DNA of 55,247 bases, counting the filler, from Bipalium vagum (taxonomy: Eukaryota): assembly GCA_037834085.1 (NCBI GenBank). It is 3 parts of 3 records of this genome, joined end to end, with 100 filler letters (N's around TTAATTAATTAA, not from the genome) between each part and the next. Parts side by side here need not be neighbours in the genome. Positions count along the whole stretch, not along the records: positions 36,970 to 55,247 come from JBBMKC010034178.1; 2 more parts are not named here. One strand, written 5' to 3'. Position 1 is the first letter of the stretch; each line of letters begins with the position of its first letter. Shown here in pieces: positions 52,521 through 55,247 of this stretch. The notes below the pieces were generated by a model. It worked only from the letters and a program-made list of their open reading frames with translations, ran no database searches and was not told where the DNA came from. Position numbers and translations under genes: made by a program.

Positions 52521-55247
52521 TTTTAAATAATTAATTTTGTTTATTTTATTGATAATCTTTTGAATTTTGAAATTTCGATTCATTTTATAATCAAGGATCA
52601 TTTTAAATATAAGGTTGTTCAAAAATTAATGTCGGTTTTCATGAAGTCATTCATTTAATGTTAATTTAACAATTTTTCTTTTGTTTTACTACTTTAATTA
52701 TATATCATTTTAAAGCACAGATTTCAATCTACATTCTGGTAATATTAATTTTGTAATATAATTTAATATAAAATAATTATTTAATATAGTATTTTCGCAA
52801 TATTTAAAGAAATTTTAATAAAATACATTTTACCTAATATATCAGATATTATTATTTTTAAGTCCATATAAAAATTTAAATAAACTTGACTAAGAGGATA
52901 GAGAGTACTTTTGAATTTTTTTTTGCATTTATTTAAATAATCAAATTTATAAAATATAACGATAAATACTTAATATTTTTTAGTTAAAGTGGTATATTAA
53001 AACAAAATCAAATAATCTTGAATAGATGGATATTTTAATCAAACTTTAACAATTTATTTTTATTTAGACTCAATTAAAATATTTAATAAAGTCCTGTATT
53101 AATTAAAAATATAATTTGTAAAATATTTTATATTTTATTAATATTATATAATTAAAAATTAAATTCATTCAATGAAAAAGAGAGAAAATTATTTTAATTA
53201 ATTAATATTCAATTTCATATGAGGACAAACAGAAAAAAATAAATGAAGATTAATTTGATTTTAATTTCTTAATTCGTAAAAGGTCCTAATAGTTTACCAA
53301 GACAGTTTCCTTTCTTCGATAGCGGAAGCAATTATTTCTAAAGGAATTAAAGACACATTTTGAATATATAAGTGAATTTTTACATTTATTTCTGAAATCC
53401 GTTAAAAGAAATAATATTTGCAAAAATTTTCTTTTCTTAACCAATTATGTCATAAAAAATTAATTAATTTTTACGGATATAAAGATTTAAATTTTAATTA
53501 ATTAATTACTTAATATAACTTTTTCGAAACATAATTATAAATAATTACTCTTTCAACTTCCAAACGAATTCATTAAAAATGGAAAATAATGTAACAAAAG
53601 TTTTTTTGAACAATTTTATTGAAGATTGTTTTAGAGTGGAATTATTTTTTGTTTTAATGAAATGAAGAAATCAAAAAACGTTCAAATTCTATTCTTTGTT
53701 TTTCAATAAATAATTAAATCGAGCAATTATTCAATCATTATTTTTCCATTTGTAATTAGGTGGAAATAAAGTCCGTTCGGACATTTTTATAAAAAATTCA
53801 ATTTATGTTTTTGAAGTTATTAACATCAATCGGTTTTTAATCCATAAGAGAAGATAATTCTTAATCATTTATTAAATGACATCAATAATCTTAATATTAA
53901 AACAAATTTTACCAAACAACCCACTACCTTGTTTTAATGTCATTTTAAGTTTTAGAAGATACCTTTACATTTTTTTATCATTATTAATATATTTTTCTTC
54001 AGGTTAATTTCATATTTTAGGGGGTTTGTTTAAATAATTAAATTAATTTGTTACCGCGGTAACATCATTTAATTGTCAACTAAATTTCTATTTCCTTTCA
54101 AATTTGAAAAGTCATCTAAAAATTGATTTCAAAAAATTAGTATCAAAATTTATAAAAAAAAACTAACGAAAAAAAATGATGAAAAATCAGACCTATTTTG
54201 TTTTAATGGACCTAGAGTACCAGAAAAGGTATATATGTGCATGGTTCATTTTGATCTAATTTTAGACCTGAAAACCTTAACATATTAAAAAACAGCGTTT
54301 AAAAATGTTAGGAAAATTTATTTTTAGAAAAAAAATGTTTGGATTACGAAAGATCAATGAGGCGAGAAAAACAAGCACTATTTGGAAGATTGCACCACAA
54401 AAACCTCGGCGAAGACTTATCTGTGGTCGCTGATCAAAAGAAGAATTGTTTTAAACTGTGACCCCAACATTTGTTATATGTTGATCTCGTACACAATAAT
54501 ATATAATTAATTATATTTATTTATTTATTATATTTATTATGGTAACTGGCGAATGAGAGTGGAAAGGCGTTATTGATAAATAAATCTTCCTATGATATTT
54601 CAGTTTGTTGTTAAAGTTTAATGATTTTTATGATAACTTTGAATATGACTGGACGTCGTCCCACCTCAATAGAATTTCAACCCGAAGGATCAGAGAGACG
54701 ATTTATGGAAGAAAGAAGAAAGAAAACGAGACCCTACTTGATAAACGTTTTCAGAGCAGTAGTAAAGTGCGACCCAGCTGATGATGACTTAAAATTATGA
54801 CCGTTTATGCATCGATTGAGAAATAGGGATTTCTTAAGCTTTGAAGGACAAATAAAAATGGTGAGAATTAATTAAAATTTTGATCGTCTCAGTGTGAAAA
54901 TCAATATACTAATAATAATTCAATATTCAATATGAACAGGGTCTGTCAAAAGGCCGAAAATTATTTTTTTATTATTTATGTCTGAAAATATTATTTTTTA
55001 ATGTCATTCCGAAATAAAATTGTTCTCACATAAAATATATCTCACAAAAAACTAAATTTCTTTTCTCGGAATTCACATTATTGATTTCAACAATCACTTC
55101 AAAAAATATAAGCATATATTATTAAAGAATATTACGAAATTATTATTTTTGGAATGTAAAAAGTCATGAATTTAAAAATAATAAAGGAAAATAAAAAATA
55201 AAAGATATTTGGATTTAAATAACTTACGTAAATGATTTTATTATTAT

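Noticed and set aside
54200-54870. Possible LINE ORF1 and BESS/MADF-like remnants
   Set aside because: Too degenerate to support without a database search.

Overview
AT-rich eukaryotic (animal) genomic DNA, most likely a free-living flatworm/planarian. This is an inference from the 40-60 bp introns, the composition and the transposon repertoire. The window is three segments joined by two artificial 100-bp spacers (N44-TTAATTAATTAA-N44 at 19088-19187 and 36870-36969), so adjacency across them is not established. Two host genes on the minus strand can be assembled completely: a 5-exon DDX3/PL10-type DEAD-box helicase (about 727 aa) and a 4-exon phosphoserine aminotransferase (about 372 aa). There are also the last three exons of a tetraspanin and one TM6-TM7 exon of a class B GPCR. 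The rest is mostly decayed transposons: mariner/Tc1/maT, Tigger, Merlin, hAT, Helitron, Polinton-like, Penelope, Gypsy and a NeSL/R2-type non-LTR element. The most interesting structure is a miniature non-coding LTR retroelement (TRIM) at 19298-19554. Its ~104-bp LTR is a tRNA-Ala-like sequence inside a long hairpin, and it has an 18-nt tRNA primer-binding site and a polypurine tract. A solo LTR of the same family at 7614-7714, with a target-site duplication, interrupts a mariner-type transposase. Also notable is a three-copy dispersed repeat carrying spaced palindromes, probably Polinton-associated.
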